A DNA stretch of 32,000 nt from Deltaproteobacteria bacterium. GTDB taxonomy: Bacteria; Desulfobacterota; Syntrophorhabdia; Syntrophorhabdales; Syntrophorhabdaceae. Where the stretch lies: the NCBI GenBank assembly GCA_029559435.1, contig JAKQBZ010000189.1, positions 5,103 through 37,102 of the forward strand, written 5' to 3'. This document shows positions 8,058-16,888 of the stretch, piece after piece. Under the pieces are notes generated by a model that ran no database searches, was not told the origin of the DNA, and saw only the letters and a list, made by a program, of their open reading frames with translations. The position numbers and the translations under genes were made by a program. The stretch's first letter is position 1. Every line of letters starts with the position of its first letter.

Positions 8058-8346
8058 ATAAACCCTCTATATGCTCTCTCAGGGCCTTTTTTATGACATC
8101 CATATAGGGCTTCCCTTCCGCTGACTTGAAGCGCCTGTCGAGATCCGACAGCGCCTCCTCCTTTGATGTTGAAGGCGGGGAAATCCCCTGAACGAATATG
8201 CTGTCGGCATCCATGTCCCTGATCTTTTCTATAAGGGCCGCCGTCAGTTCCGTTCCCTCTCCGAGCAGCACCATTCCGCCCCTGTTTGTCACTGGCCTGA
8301 GCAGCTTCATTCCGGGCTTCAGCTTGTCAGGCGTAGTTTTCGGCAC
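8050..8346 (-). CDS. Small hypothetical protein, first gene of the HDOD/GGDEF operon
   Basis: GTG at 8346 is preceded by AGGAGGGG (8353-8360, minus sense). Sequence is MPKTTPDKLKPGMKLLRPVTNRGGMVLLGEGTELTAALIEKI.... The longer track ORF (to 8562) would overlap the aminotransferase 3' end. Its stop overlaps the HDOD start by 8 nt. Confidence 0.5.
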   Translation of the reverse strand: MPKTTPDKLKPGMKLLRPVTNRGGMVLLGEGTELTAALIEKIRDMDADSIFVQGISPPSTSKEEALSDLDRRFKSAEGKPYMDVIKKALREHIEGLYG

Positions 8347-8455
8347 AGCGCGCCCCTCCTGTTCAAACGTTTCCTTGGTCAGACATGAAACGTCTCTTAG
8401 ATATAATCGGCCAAAAACGCAATAGGTTAAGTTTTCAGTGATTTTTAGCAGATAT

Positions 8456-9607
8456 TTACAGCGCTGAAAGCCACGCCCCCAGCCTGTCGCACCCTTCTTT
8501 AAGCCTATCAATGCCCGTGGCGTAGGAAAAGCGGACATGAGAGCCGGCCCTGAAGGAGCCAAAATCGTATCCCGGGGTAAAGGCTACCCCGGCCTCGTCG
8601 AGGGCCCTCCCGGTAAAGGCCATGCTGTCAATCCCCCAGCGCTCGATCCCCGCGTATACGTAAAATGCCCCCTCAGGGGTTACGGGCACGCGGAACCCCA
8701 GGTCTTTTAGCCTCGGCACCACGAGGTCCCTCCTTTCCTCGTAGGTTTTCCTCATGCGGCCGAGCTCTTCCGCGTTGTCAAAGGCGCATATGGCCGCGTA
8801 CTGCGATATTGAAGGGGGAGAAATATATATATTCTGAGCGAATTTTTGTATCGGCCTTACGAGTTCGCGCGGGACCACCATCCACCCGAGCCTCCAGCCT
8901 GTCATGGCGTAGGTTTTTGAAAAGCCGTTTACAACGATAACGTTGTCGGATATGGCGAGGGCGCTTCTGGGCCTGTCCCCGTAAGCGAGGCCGAGATATA
9001 TCTCGTCAACGACAAGAAGCCTGTCCTCCGCGGAGAGGCTCTCGTAAAGCAGAGACAGCGTATGTTCCCTGTAAACGGTGCCCGTCGGGTTCGACGGGTT
9101 GGCAAGGACCAGAAGGTCCGGAAGGCGATCGAGGGCGCCGAGATGATTTTGCGTAACCTCGAAACCTGTCTCCTCCGATACCGGTATGGAGAGAATTTCA
9201 CAGTCAAGGAGAGATGCAATGTTTTTATAACAGGGATAACCGGGATCGGATATGCCAAGCGATTTCCCCCGTTCGAGCAGGGCGGCAAAGAGCAGCAAAA
9301 GCGCCCCCGAGGTCCCGTTTGTTATGACGATCCTTTCGGGCGGAATGGCTATTCCGTCTGTCTCCCGGTAGTGCCGGGAGACCCTCGCCCTCAGTTCCGG
9401 GAGGCCGAGGCTGTGGGTATAAAAGGTGCGGTCGCTCCTGATCGATCGGATCGCCTCTTCCTTGATTATGAAAGGGGTGGGAAAGTCCGGCTCGCCGACC
9501 TCCATGTGAACGATGTCCCTGCCGCTTGCCTCCATCTCTTTCGCTTTTTCAAGAAGCTCCATGACATAGAAAGGCGCGATGGCGCCGGTCCTTTTTGCAA
9601 CCCTCAT
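8456..9607 (-). CDS. PLP-dependent aminotransferase, class I/II (aspartate/aromatic aminotransferase-like)
   Basis: 383 aa with LANPSNPTG, the PLP-lysine context NGFSKTYAMTGWRLGW, and RFSYA near the C-terminus. Confidence 0.9.
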   Translation of the reverse strand: MRVAKRTGAIAPFYVMELLEKAKEMEASGRDIVHMEVGEPDFPTPFIIKEEAIRSIRSDRTFYTHSLGLPELRARVSRHYRETDGIAIPPERIVITNGTSGALLLLFAALLERGKSLGISDPGYPCYKNIASLLDCEILSIPVSEETGFEVTQNHLGALDRLPDLLVLANPSNPTGTVYREHTLSLLYESLSAEDRLLVVDEIYLGLAYGDRPRSALAISDNVIVVNGFSKTYAMTGWRLGWMVVPRELVRPIQKFAQNIYISPPSISQYAAICAFDNAEELGRMRKTYEERRDLVVPRLKDLGFRVPVTPEGAFYVYAGIERWGIDSMAFTGRALDEAGVAFTPGYDFGSFRAGSHVRFSYATGIDRLKEGCDRLGAWLSAL

Positions 9608-9734
9608 AAGGCTCCTTCTTTCATGTGCGTCCGCGGCTTGCCGGGCGGAAAAAGATATGATTGAAATGTATCAAAAACGCGCTGTCCTGTCAATCCGGAT
9701 GATTCCCCGCAGCGTGCTGCGGAATGACGCTGTT

Positions 9735-9757
9735 CCCTCTCCGCTCGCGGGAGAGGG
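9735..9757 (-). terminator. GC hairpin just downstream of the MFS gene (possible terminator, no U-tract)
   Basis: CCCTCTCC (9735-9742) pairs with GGAGAGGG (9750-9757) around a 7-nt loop. It lies 19 nt past the MFS stop on the minus strand. No T/U run follows on either strand. Confidence 0.25.
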
Positions 9758-9775
9758 TAGGGTGAGGGGGCATAA

Positions 9776-11014
9776 TCATGCCGCTTCTATCTTCTGATGC
9801 GCATCATGTTTTTTTCTCACATAGAACTGAAAATAGCACATATTTGCAAGATAGAGAAAGGACAGGCAGAGAAACATCGCCCGGTAGCCCGTCAAGGAAA
9901 GGAGCATGCCCATAACGATCGGCCCGAGCGCCAGCCCGAGATCCGAGATCGCCCGCAAGGTCCCGACGGTGGCGCCGCTTGAAGAGCCTGCGTAATCAAG
10001 GGCATAGGCCATCGTTACCGGGATCAGGAACGAGATGCCCGCTCCCCAGAGCAGTCCCACAAAAATGAACGCAAAAAGGGACTTTGCAAAGAAGAGCATG
10101 GCAAGGACGGCTGCGCCCGTAAAGGTAAAGGTTAGAATGAGCCTTTCCTGGCTGAAAGAGCGCAAGACCCTCCCTCCCAGGGCCCGCCCCGCCATGATCA
10201 TTATTGCCGATGCGGAAAAGAAAAGCCCCGGATTTGCAACTCCGCGCTGTACCGCATAAATTGGGAGAAAGGCGATGATGGCCCCCCAGACGAAATACTG
10301 GAGGAAGCTGGAGATGGCAGGGACAACAACATTCCATTCAAGCAAGGCGTTGCCCCGGGCAAGATCGCCGATCTCGGACTTTTTGCTCCCCCGCCCCTTC
10401 AGCCTCCAGGCACACAGAAAGGCGCAGGCGGAGAGGCTTGCACAGGCGAGAAAGAGGATGACGAAGCTATAATGGCTAACGAAATATATGCTCAGAGAAG
10501 GGGCAATGGCCGTCGCAAGACTGGGCGCCAGCATTAAGTAGCTGATGCCCTGGCCCCGGCATGACAGCGGCAGCGCGCTCACGATAAAGACGAATATGGC
10601 GGTATCCACGCATGCAAGGGAAGCCCCCTGAACGAACCGCACGATCAGCAAGGGCCAAAACCGATGAAATACGGTAAAGGCAAGGAAAGCAAAGACAGAC
10701 AATGTGGCGCCGGCCATGATAACAGCCTTTTCTGAATACCGGAAAAGGATCCCGCCCACAAATGGCCTGCATGCCAATGATGCGACGCCAATGGTCCCGA
10801 CCAGTATGCCTATCTGCTTTTCGCTGGAGCCCAATTGCTCCAGATAGAGGGGTAGCGTGGGATAAAGGGCGGTATTGGTCGCCAGAAAAGCGAAATATGC
10901 AAGAAATCCGAGAATGAAATCGTGGTTCAGTATGTTCCGTAAGCTCAGCCGGGGTACGCTTTCTTCTTTTTGCACTGCATCACACCTCGACAAGCCGTTG
11001 CGAGAGAAAGACAT
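9776..11014 (-). CDS. MFS transporter
   Basis: 412 aa with about 12 predicted hydrophobic helices and a central charged loop (RLKGRGSKKSEIGD). General MFS_1 appearance; substrate unknown. Confidence 0.85.
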   Translation of the reverse strand: MSFSRNGLSRCDAVQKEESVPRLSLRNILNHDFILGFLAYFAFLATNTALYPTLPLYLEQLGSSEKQIGILVGTIGVASLACRPFVGGILFRYSEKAVIMAGATLSVFAFLAFTVFHRFWPLLIVRFVQGASLACVDTAIFVFIVSALPLSCRGQGISYLMLAPSLATAIAPSLSIYFVSHYSFVILFLACASLSACAFLCAWRLKGRGSKKSEIGDLARGNALLEWNVVVPAISSFLQYFVWGAIIAFLPIYAVQRGVANPGLFFSASAIMIMAGRALGGRVLRSFSQERLILTFTFTGAAVLAMLFFAKSLFAFIFVGLLWGAGISFLIPVTMAYALDYAGSSSGATVGTLRAISDLGLALGPIVMGMLLSLTGYRAMFLCLSFLYLANMCYFQFYVRKKHDAHQKIEAA

Positions 11015-11034
11015 GGAAGATCAGGGCACATGCA

Positions 11035-12432
11035 TCAGGTAAATGACAGGTTGGCCATCAGCTCGCCGATGTCTCCCAGCCGCTCGAGCTTAAAAACAGA
11101 ATTTACAATATGCTCCGATTGGCCTTTATCCAGGAACTGGAGTGCCGTTCCCTCAAACTTCTTCACCAATTCTTCATCGGTCATCGGGTTGAGGCTGTTC
11201 CCTTTCGGATAGTCGATCCGGCGCATGAGCTTCCTTCCGTCCTTGGTAGAGATATGGGCAATGCCGGCAAAAACAAAGTCGTCGAGGCCCGTGTTGGCCT
11301 CCACCGTTACTTTGTCGATGAGGCTTAGCACCACGGGGTTGATAAACCTGTCCGCGGTATACTGGCCCGGCCCGACCGTTCGGTCAACAATGGCAATTGC
11401 CGTTAGATAATAAAGGCTGTGATCCGCCGTCTCCTTGTCTGTCGGAAAGCGCTTCACGAAATCACCGGTATGGTTGGCGGTGCGCGTTGTCGCCTCTATC
11501 TTCACGCGCTCGATATCCTGTGGTTTTAGGTCATGCTCCCTGACAAGCTCCAGCAACGCATTGAGGGCCCCCTGGGTCGTATGCTCCGCGGCCAGGTTCT
11601 TCTGATGCACCTCAAGCAGGGCAGGCTGTTTTCTCGGCGCCGTCAATATCTCCAGATCGTACACGCCGCCCATCACGGTCTGTACAAAGCCCTTATTCCC
11701 CTCGATGATCCTTGCGGGGCCCGTAAAGCCTTTTTGTGCCAGCAGGGCGGCCATGATGCCTATCTGGGCCACCTGGGGCAGCCCGATGTTCTTGGTCATG
11801 TTGTATGGCTCGCCCTGTGTATCGATTATGTCGAGGGTAAGGCCATGCACCCCGGCTATGCCCGCAGCGTCCGCGAGCTGCTCCGCAGAGAGGCCGAGGA
11901 GCTTGCCGGCGGACAGGGCAACAACAAATCCTGCTATGGCAGAATAATGCCACCCCCTCGTGTGCAGGTTCTGGGCAAAGGAGGCGTCTATGAACCTCGC
12001 CGCCAGGTCATACGCAAGCGCTATTGCCGTTATGACGTCCTTGCCGTTTGCATGCCGGCGCTCCCCTACGGCCAGCGCCGCAGGGATCAGCTCGTTGGAA
12101 TGTATGCCGAACCTCAACGTGCCGTTCGTCCTGAAATAGGTATCGTTGTAATCAAGATAACGGGCCATCGCGCCGTTGGCAAGGGCGGCGTTCGCGCAGG
12201 GCACCTTGACCAGGCTGCCGATCATGGTTGACTCCCGGGCCCCGCCCTGGTCTTCCATGACAGAGCGGACGATCCTTCCGGCGTCGCTCTTGTGGGCGCC
12301 TATGGCGCATGCGAGCATATCCAGCACGACCCTTTTTGCTGCATGTATCTCCTGATCGCTCAATGTTGTATAAGAGAAGCCTTCCGTGTGCTGAGCAAGC
12401 TTCCTGCTCACGGACGCGGCATGTGTATCCAT
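11035..12432 (-). CDS. MmgE/PrpD-family protein (2-methylcitrate dehydratase-like), paralog 1
   Basis: 465 aa with VLDMLACAIGA, ANGAMARYLDYNDTY, TRGWHYSAIAG and ETADHSLYYLTAIAIVD. It is collinear with the PrpD fold and visibly paralogous to 16872..18269. Confidence 0.85.
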   Translation of the reverse strand: MDTHAASVSRKLAQHTEGFSYTTLSDQEIHAAKRVVLDMLACAIGAHKSDAGRIVRSVMEDQGGARESTMIGSLVKVPCANAALANGAMARYLDYNDTYFRTNGTLRFGIHSNELIPAALAVGERRHANGKDVITAIALAYDLAARFIDASFAQNLHTRGWHYSAIAGFVVALSAGKLLGLSAEQLADAAGIAGVHGLTLDIIDTQGEPYNMTKNIGLPQVAQIGIMAALLAQKGFTGPARIIEGNKGFVQTVMGGVYDLEILTAPRKQPALLEVHQKNLAAEHTTQGALNALLELVREHDLKPQDIERVKIEATTRTANHTGDFVKRFPTDKETADHSLYYLTAIAIVDRTVGPGQYTADRFINPVVLSLIDKVTVEANTGLDDFVFAGIAHISTKDGRKLMRRIDYPKGNSLNPMTDEELVKKFEGTALQFLDKGQSEHIVNSVFKLERLGDIGELMANLSFT

Positions 12433-12478
12433 AGGGCCCTCCTCGAGCTTATTCTTTATCCCTGTTGCCCGGACAATT

Positions 12479-13585
12479 TTATGGGCAGGCGGCGAGCTTC
12501 TTTGCGATCATGTCTCCCATCTCGCTGGTCCCCAGCTTTGTCATGCCGTCGCTCATGATGTCATAGGTGCGGTAGCCCTCTTTCAGCACCTGGTCTACCG
12601 TATTTTCGATCGCCTGAGCCTCTTTTGTCAAGCCAAAGGAGTAGCGAAGCATCATGGCCCCGCTCAGGATCGTAGCTATGGGGTTGATCATGTTAAGGCC
12701 GGTGCGGCGGGGTGCGCTGCCGTGTATCGGCTCGTAGAGGCCGGCCAGTTTGCCGCCGCCGGACGGTATGCCGGCCAGGCTTGCCGACGGCATCATGCCG
12801 AGGGACCCGGCGAGCATGGATGCTTCGTCGCTCAGGATATCGCCGAAGAGGTTTTCTGTGACGATCACGTCAAAGTCGGCGGGGCGCTGGATGAAGCTCA
12901 TGGCGCAGTAGTCGACAAGGGCATGTTCGACCTCGATGTCCGGGTATTCGGCGGCCACTTCAATGGCGACCTCTCTCCAGAGATCGGAGCACTTCAGGAT
13001 CTGGAACTTATCAACAGAGGTCAGTTTTTTTCTTCGAACCCTTGCCAGCTCGAAGCCGACGCGGACGATGCGCCTGATCTCCTCTTCCGAATACCTCATG
13101 GAATCGACGGCGCTTCGCCCTTCCGGAGAGCGTATCAATTCTTTCGGCTCGCCGAAGTAGATCCCTCCGGTCAGCTCGCGGACGATGATGAAGTCGACGT
13201 TGCTGACGATCTCCGGCTTGAGGTGGGAGGTGCTGATAACTGACGGAAAGAGCTTGACCGGCCTTAAGTTGGCAAAAAGGCCCATCTCCTTCCGGAGCCT
13301 GATGATGCCGTAGCCACGCTCCGGACGCTCTTTCAGGCCGGGGACCTCGTACCTGGGTTCGCCCACTGCACCGAAGAGGACGGCATCGCTTGCCTTGCAA
13401 AGATCGACCGTTGCCTTCGGCAGCGCCTCGCCGATCTTCTCATAGGCCGCCGCCCCTATCATGCCGTCGCTGAACCGAAACTCATGACCGAACTTTGAAC
13501 CGACAGCCTTGAGAACCTTTACTCCTTCCGCAACGATCTCAGGCCCGACGCCATCTCCAGGCAGCACAGCAATAGACAATTTCAT
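12479..13585 (-). CDS. leuB: 3-isopropylmalate dehydrogenase-family beta-decarboxylating dehydrogenase
   Basis: 368 aa with IAVLPGDGVGPEIV, NLRP, VRELTGGIYFG, NLFGDILSDEASMLAGSLGMMPSASL and EPIHGSAP. It aligns closely with LeuB along its full length. The physiological substrate in this context is uncertain. Confidence 0.87.
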   Translation of the reverse strand: MKLSIAVLPGDGVGPEIVAEGVKVLKAVGSKFGHEFRFSDGMIGAAAYEKIGEALPKATVDLCKASDAVLFGAVGEPRYEVPGLKERPERGYGIIRLRKEMGLFANLRPVKLFPSVISTSHLKPEIVSNVDFIIVRELTGGIYFGEPKELIRSPEGRSAVDSMRYSEEEIRRIVRVGFELARVRRKKLTSVDKFQILKCSDLWREVAIEVAAEYPDIEVEHALVDYCAMSFIQRPADFDVIVTENLFGDILSDEASMLAGSLGMMPSASLAGIPSGGGKLAGLYEPIHGSAPRRTGLNMINPIATILSGAMMLRYSFGLTKEAQAIENTVDQVLKEGYRTYDIMSDGMTKLGTSEMGDMIAKKLAACP

Positions 13586-13634
13586 GACCCCTCCTCCTTT
13601 GGTAATATAATTTTAACTTGTTTTATGTTTCCGC

Positions 13635-14132
13635 CTAAGCATTTTTCATCTGTTTTAACAGCGGTTCAATGCCGCCGCATTCCAGAACCCTGAGCATTTC
13701 GTCAGGAAAAGCCTGAAAATCGAGGACCTTGCCGGTTGTATGGTTTATCACCTTCCGATCGGCAAGGCTTGCTTCCGCCTCGTCGCCATCGTTGCCGAGC
13801 GAAGCTGCGCCCGGGCAGATAATGGCGGGAAGACCGATCGCAATAGAGTTTCTGTAGAATATCCGGGCAAAGGATTCCGCCACGACAGCCCCGATCCCAA
13901 GCGCCTTAAGGGCGGCGGGAGCCGTCTCCCTGCTGGAGCCGCACCCGAAGTTGCGGCCCGCCACGATCATGTCCCCGGGGCTTGCCTTTTGTGCAAATTC
14001 AGGACGCACCTCCTCGAAGGCGTGCCCTTTCAACTCGTCCATGGGGAGATTGATATACTTCCCTGACGTCATGACATCGGTATCAACGTTGTCGCCAAAC
14101 TTCCAGACCCGGCCTTTTATTTTGCTGATCAT
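13635..14132 (-). CDS. leuD: Aconitase-family dehydratase small subunit (LeuD/HacB-like)
   Basis: 165 aa with KGRVWKFGDNVDTD, GRNFGCGSSRE and ESFARIFYRN. The specificity-loop region reads VMTSGKYINLP, which is atypical. Confidence 0.85.
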   Translation of the reverse strand: MISKIKGRVWKFGDNVDTDVMTSGKYINLPMDELKGHAFEEVRPEFAQKASPGDMIVAGRNFGCGSSRETAPAALKALGIGAVVAESFARIFYRNSIAIGLPAIICPGAASLGNDGDEAEASLADRKVINHTTGKVLDFQAFPDEMLRVLECGGIEPLLKQMKNA

Positions 14133-14144
14133 GGCATTCCTCCC

Positions 14145-15398
14145 CTATAGCCCTCTCGGATCGGTGATTTTGCCTGTTATTGCCGAAGCGGCAACGGTTG
14201 CAGGAGACGCCAGGTAAAGCTCCGATTCAGGGCTGCCCATTCTGCCTTTAAAATTTCTGTTGGTTGTAGCGATGCAGACCTCCCCCGAAGCAAGCAGGCC
14301 CATGTGCCCGCCCATGCAGGGGCCGCAGCCGGCATTGCAGATAATGGCGCCCGACTCGGACAGGCGCATTATGATGCCTTCCCGAACGGCGTCCCGATAC
14401 ACCTCCCACGACGCCGGGATCACAAGCATCCGGACATCGGGGTGGACCTTCCTCCCCGCCATCACCCCGGCGGCCATCCTCAGGTCCTCCAGCCTTGCAT
14501 TGGTACAGGAACCGAGGACTGCCTGGTGGATCTTTATATCACCAACCTTCGAGACCGGTTTTACGTTGTCCACTGAAAAGGGGGAAGCAACCTGGGGCTC
14601 CAATGTGGAGACTTCTTCATGATATACGGCTTCATAGGAGGCATCGCTGTCAGCGGCAACAACGCCGAAATGCCGCTGAGCCCTCTCCATGAGATAGTCT
14701 GTTGTCTTTTTATCGGTTTCAAAAAAGGCGAACTTTGCCCCTATCTCCGCAGCCATGTTGCACATGGTTATCCGGCTGGCGATGCTCAAATCATTGCATG
14801 CCGTGCCCGCGAACTCTACGGCCTTGTACTGGGCCGCTTCGACAGAGTACTTGCCTGCAAGGCTCAGGATAACGTCCTTCGAAGACACCCTCGGAGGGAG
14901 GCTGCCTTCGATGATGAATTTGATGGTCTCGGGCACTTTGAACCAGAGCTTGCCCGTCGTAAAGACATAGGCCATCTCTGAATGGCCGATCCCTGAAGCG
15001 GCCGCACCAAGGGCGCCGTAGCTGATCGTGTGGGAATCGGCCCCAACAACCAGCATGCCCGGCAGAATATGCCCTTTCTCGATGAGCACCTGGTGGCACA
15101 CGCCGGCGTTCTGGCCGTAAAAATGCTTTATGCCAAGCTTTTTTACGGCAGACCTGATGAAATTGTACGTTTCCGCATCCCTCACCGTGGGCGGAGGGTT
15201 CCAGTGGTCAAGGACGCATACTATCCTGTCCGGGTCCCAGGCCTTGTCCACGCCTGCCCTGAACAGGACCTCGCATACCGGCCCCATGGAATCGTGGACC
15301 ATTGCCAGATCTATATCTGCCATTACGTACTCGCCCGGCCTTACGGCCTCTTTTCCTGAGGCCCTCGCCAGGATCTTTTGTGCTGCCGTTGCCCCCAT
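14145..15398 (-). CDS. leuC: Aconitase-family dehydratase large subunit (LeuC/HacA-like, short archaeal type)
   Basis: 417 aa with VGADSHT, the Fe-S cysteines in GSCTNARLEDL and CGPCMG, and TNRNFKGRMG. Confidence 0.87.
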   Translation of the reverse strand: MGATAAQKILARASGKEAVRPGEYVMADIDLAMVHDSMGPVCEVLFRAGVDKAWDPDRIVCVLDHWNPPPTVRDAETYNFIRSAVKKLGIKHFYGQNAGVCHQVLIEKGHILPGMLVVGADSHTISYGALGAAASGIGHSEMAYVFTTGKLWFKVPETIKFIIEGSLPPRVSSKDVILSLAGKYSVEAAQYKAVEFAGTACNDLSIASRITMCNMAAEIGAKFAFFETDKKTTDYLMERAQRHFGVVAADSDASYEAVYHEEVSTLEPQVASPFSVDNVKPVSKVGDIKIHQAVLGSCTNARLEDLRMAAGVMAGRKVHPDVRMLVIPASWEVYRDAVREGIIMRLSESGAIICNAGCGPCMGGHMGLLASGEVCIATTNRNFKGRMGSPESELYLASPATVAASAITGKITDPRGL

Positions 15399-15469
15399 GC
15401 GCCCGCCTCCTTTCTTGAACTATAAAACGCATGTTCCGCCTTGTTCGTTTCTGGTATTGTTGCCCATTT

Positions 15470-16888
15470 CTAAGGCGGCGACTTCCGCAAGATCTCAAAA
15501 AACCTCTCCAGGCCGTCCGTCCTGTCCAGGCCCTGTATGATTGAAAGCAATTCATCCGTCTCGCTGCCCTCAAAGACAGAGCCGCTCAATTGCCAGAACT
15601 TGGCGATCAGCTCGTTTTGGCTCATTGGGTTTTCCGGCTCACCTTTTGGGACGCCCACCTTGTGGGCGTAAGTTTCCCCATTGTTGAGCGTGATAACGAT
15701 CTCGGTCAAAAGGTCAACCGCCCCATGGCCCCATTGAGCGGGGTGTTCAAAACGTATGCATGGTATCAGCTTTTGCCACGAGGCCTTCTGAACTTCCTGG
15801 TCGGTGAAATCACGCATGGTGATCTCGCCGTTCATGATCGACTTCGCTATGCAGTACTCCATGCTGAATTTTGCCTCATAGGCCGTTTTAGGCCTGTGCG
15901 CCGTGGTCATGCCCAACACGAGGGGATTGACCCTGCTTATGATCGAAGCGACCTGTTCCGGCCGGATGGCGTATCTTCGCTTCAGATACAATATGGCGTC
16001 GATGCTCGGATGCGTAGCCCGGCAGCAAGGGTAAGGCTTGAACCCCAATCCGGTCGATATGATCCACCATTCCTTGCCCAGGTCATCGACAGGCATCATA
16101 TCCGGGGAGGCCCGCCCCCCGCTGAAGACCTCGCAGAAACTGGTCTTTCCGTCAAGGACCGACTGGTTGCCCGTCAATCCGCCCTGGGCAAGCGTAGCCG
16201 CGATCACGCCGTTGCGCGCCGCGTTGCCCGCATGCATCGTCTTGGTCATGGTCTCCACGTTCTTTTTTAAGCCGCTTGCCAGCGATGAGGCAATGCCGAG
16301 GGCTGAGCGGGCCCGGGAAGCATCAAGCTGCAATGCCTTCGCGCAGGCGGCAGCCGCTCCAAGGGTGCCCAGTATCGGCGTAGGATACCAGCCGATCGCA
16401 GGGATAGACTGGCCGATAGCGGCCCCGATGCGATAGGTTGCCTCCATGCCGGCCACATACGCAAGAAGGAGGTCCCGCCCCGACAGCTTAAGCCTTTCCA
16501 CAACGGCGAGCGCTGCGGGCAGAATGCACGTTGTGGGGTGAATGTTGTAGCGGGCAGCGTTCGCAAAGGTATCATCGAAATCAAGGGCATGGCCCATTGA
16601 CCCGTTTATGAGGGACGCCAGCTCTGCCGTGGTCATAAGCCCCTGGCAAATGCCGCTCGCTTCCCCCTTTGCGGCAAGCCCTTTCGCATACTGTGCAAGA
16701 ATTGCGACCACCGGTTCCGAAGCCCCTGCGATGGCAACGCCAAGCCAGTCGAGCACCCCCTGCTTTGCAATAAGGATCGCTTCAGGCGGGATGTCTTTGT
16801 AGGCGGCGCCTACGATAAATCCGGCGATCCTTTCAGTATTGGAATTTTCATCGATCATTTGACATCCTTTATCAGCCCTGTTTTTCAA
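15470..16888 (-). CDS. MmgE/PrpD-family protein, paralog 2 (divergent)
   Basis: 472 aa with VLDWLGVAIAG, GHALDFDDTF, the PrpD-type middle region and C-terminal VPKGEPENPMSQNEL. It is clearly more distant from the other two paralogs. Confidence 0.85.
   Translation of the reverse strand: MKNRADKGCQMIDENSNTERIAGFIVGAAYKDIPPEAILIAKQGVLDWLGVAIAGASEPVVAILAQYAKGLAAKGEASGICQGLMTTAELASLINGSMGHALDFDDTFANAARYNIHPTTCILPAALAVVERLKLSGRDLLLAYVAGMEATYRIGAAIGQSIPAIGWYPTPILGTLGAAAACAKALQLDASRARSALGIASSLASGLKKNVETMTKTMHAGNAARNGVIAATLAQGGLTGNQSVLDGKTSFCEVFSGGRASPDMMPVDDLGKEWWIISTGLGFKPYPCCRATHPSIDAILYLKRRYAIRPEQVASIISRVNPLVLGMTTAHRPKTAYEAKFSMEYCIAKSIMNGEITMRDFTDQEVQKASWQKLIPCIRFEHPAQWGHGAVDLLTEIVITLNNGETYAHKVGVPKGEPENPMSQNELIAKFWQLSGSVFEGSETDELLSIIQGLDRTDGLERFFEILRKSPP

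Noticed and set aside
8347-8562. Long version of the small ORF (track 8050..8562).
   Set aside because: It would overlap the aminotransferase 3' end by about 100 nt, and the extra residues are low-complexity. GTG 8346 has a strong AGGAGG RBS.
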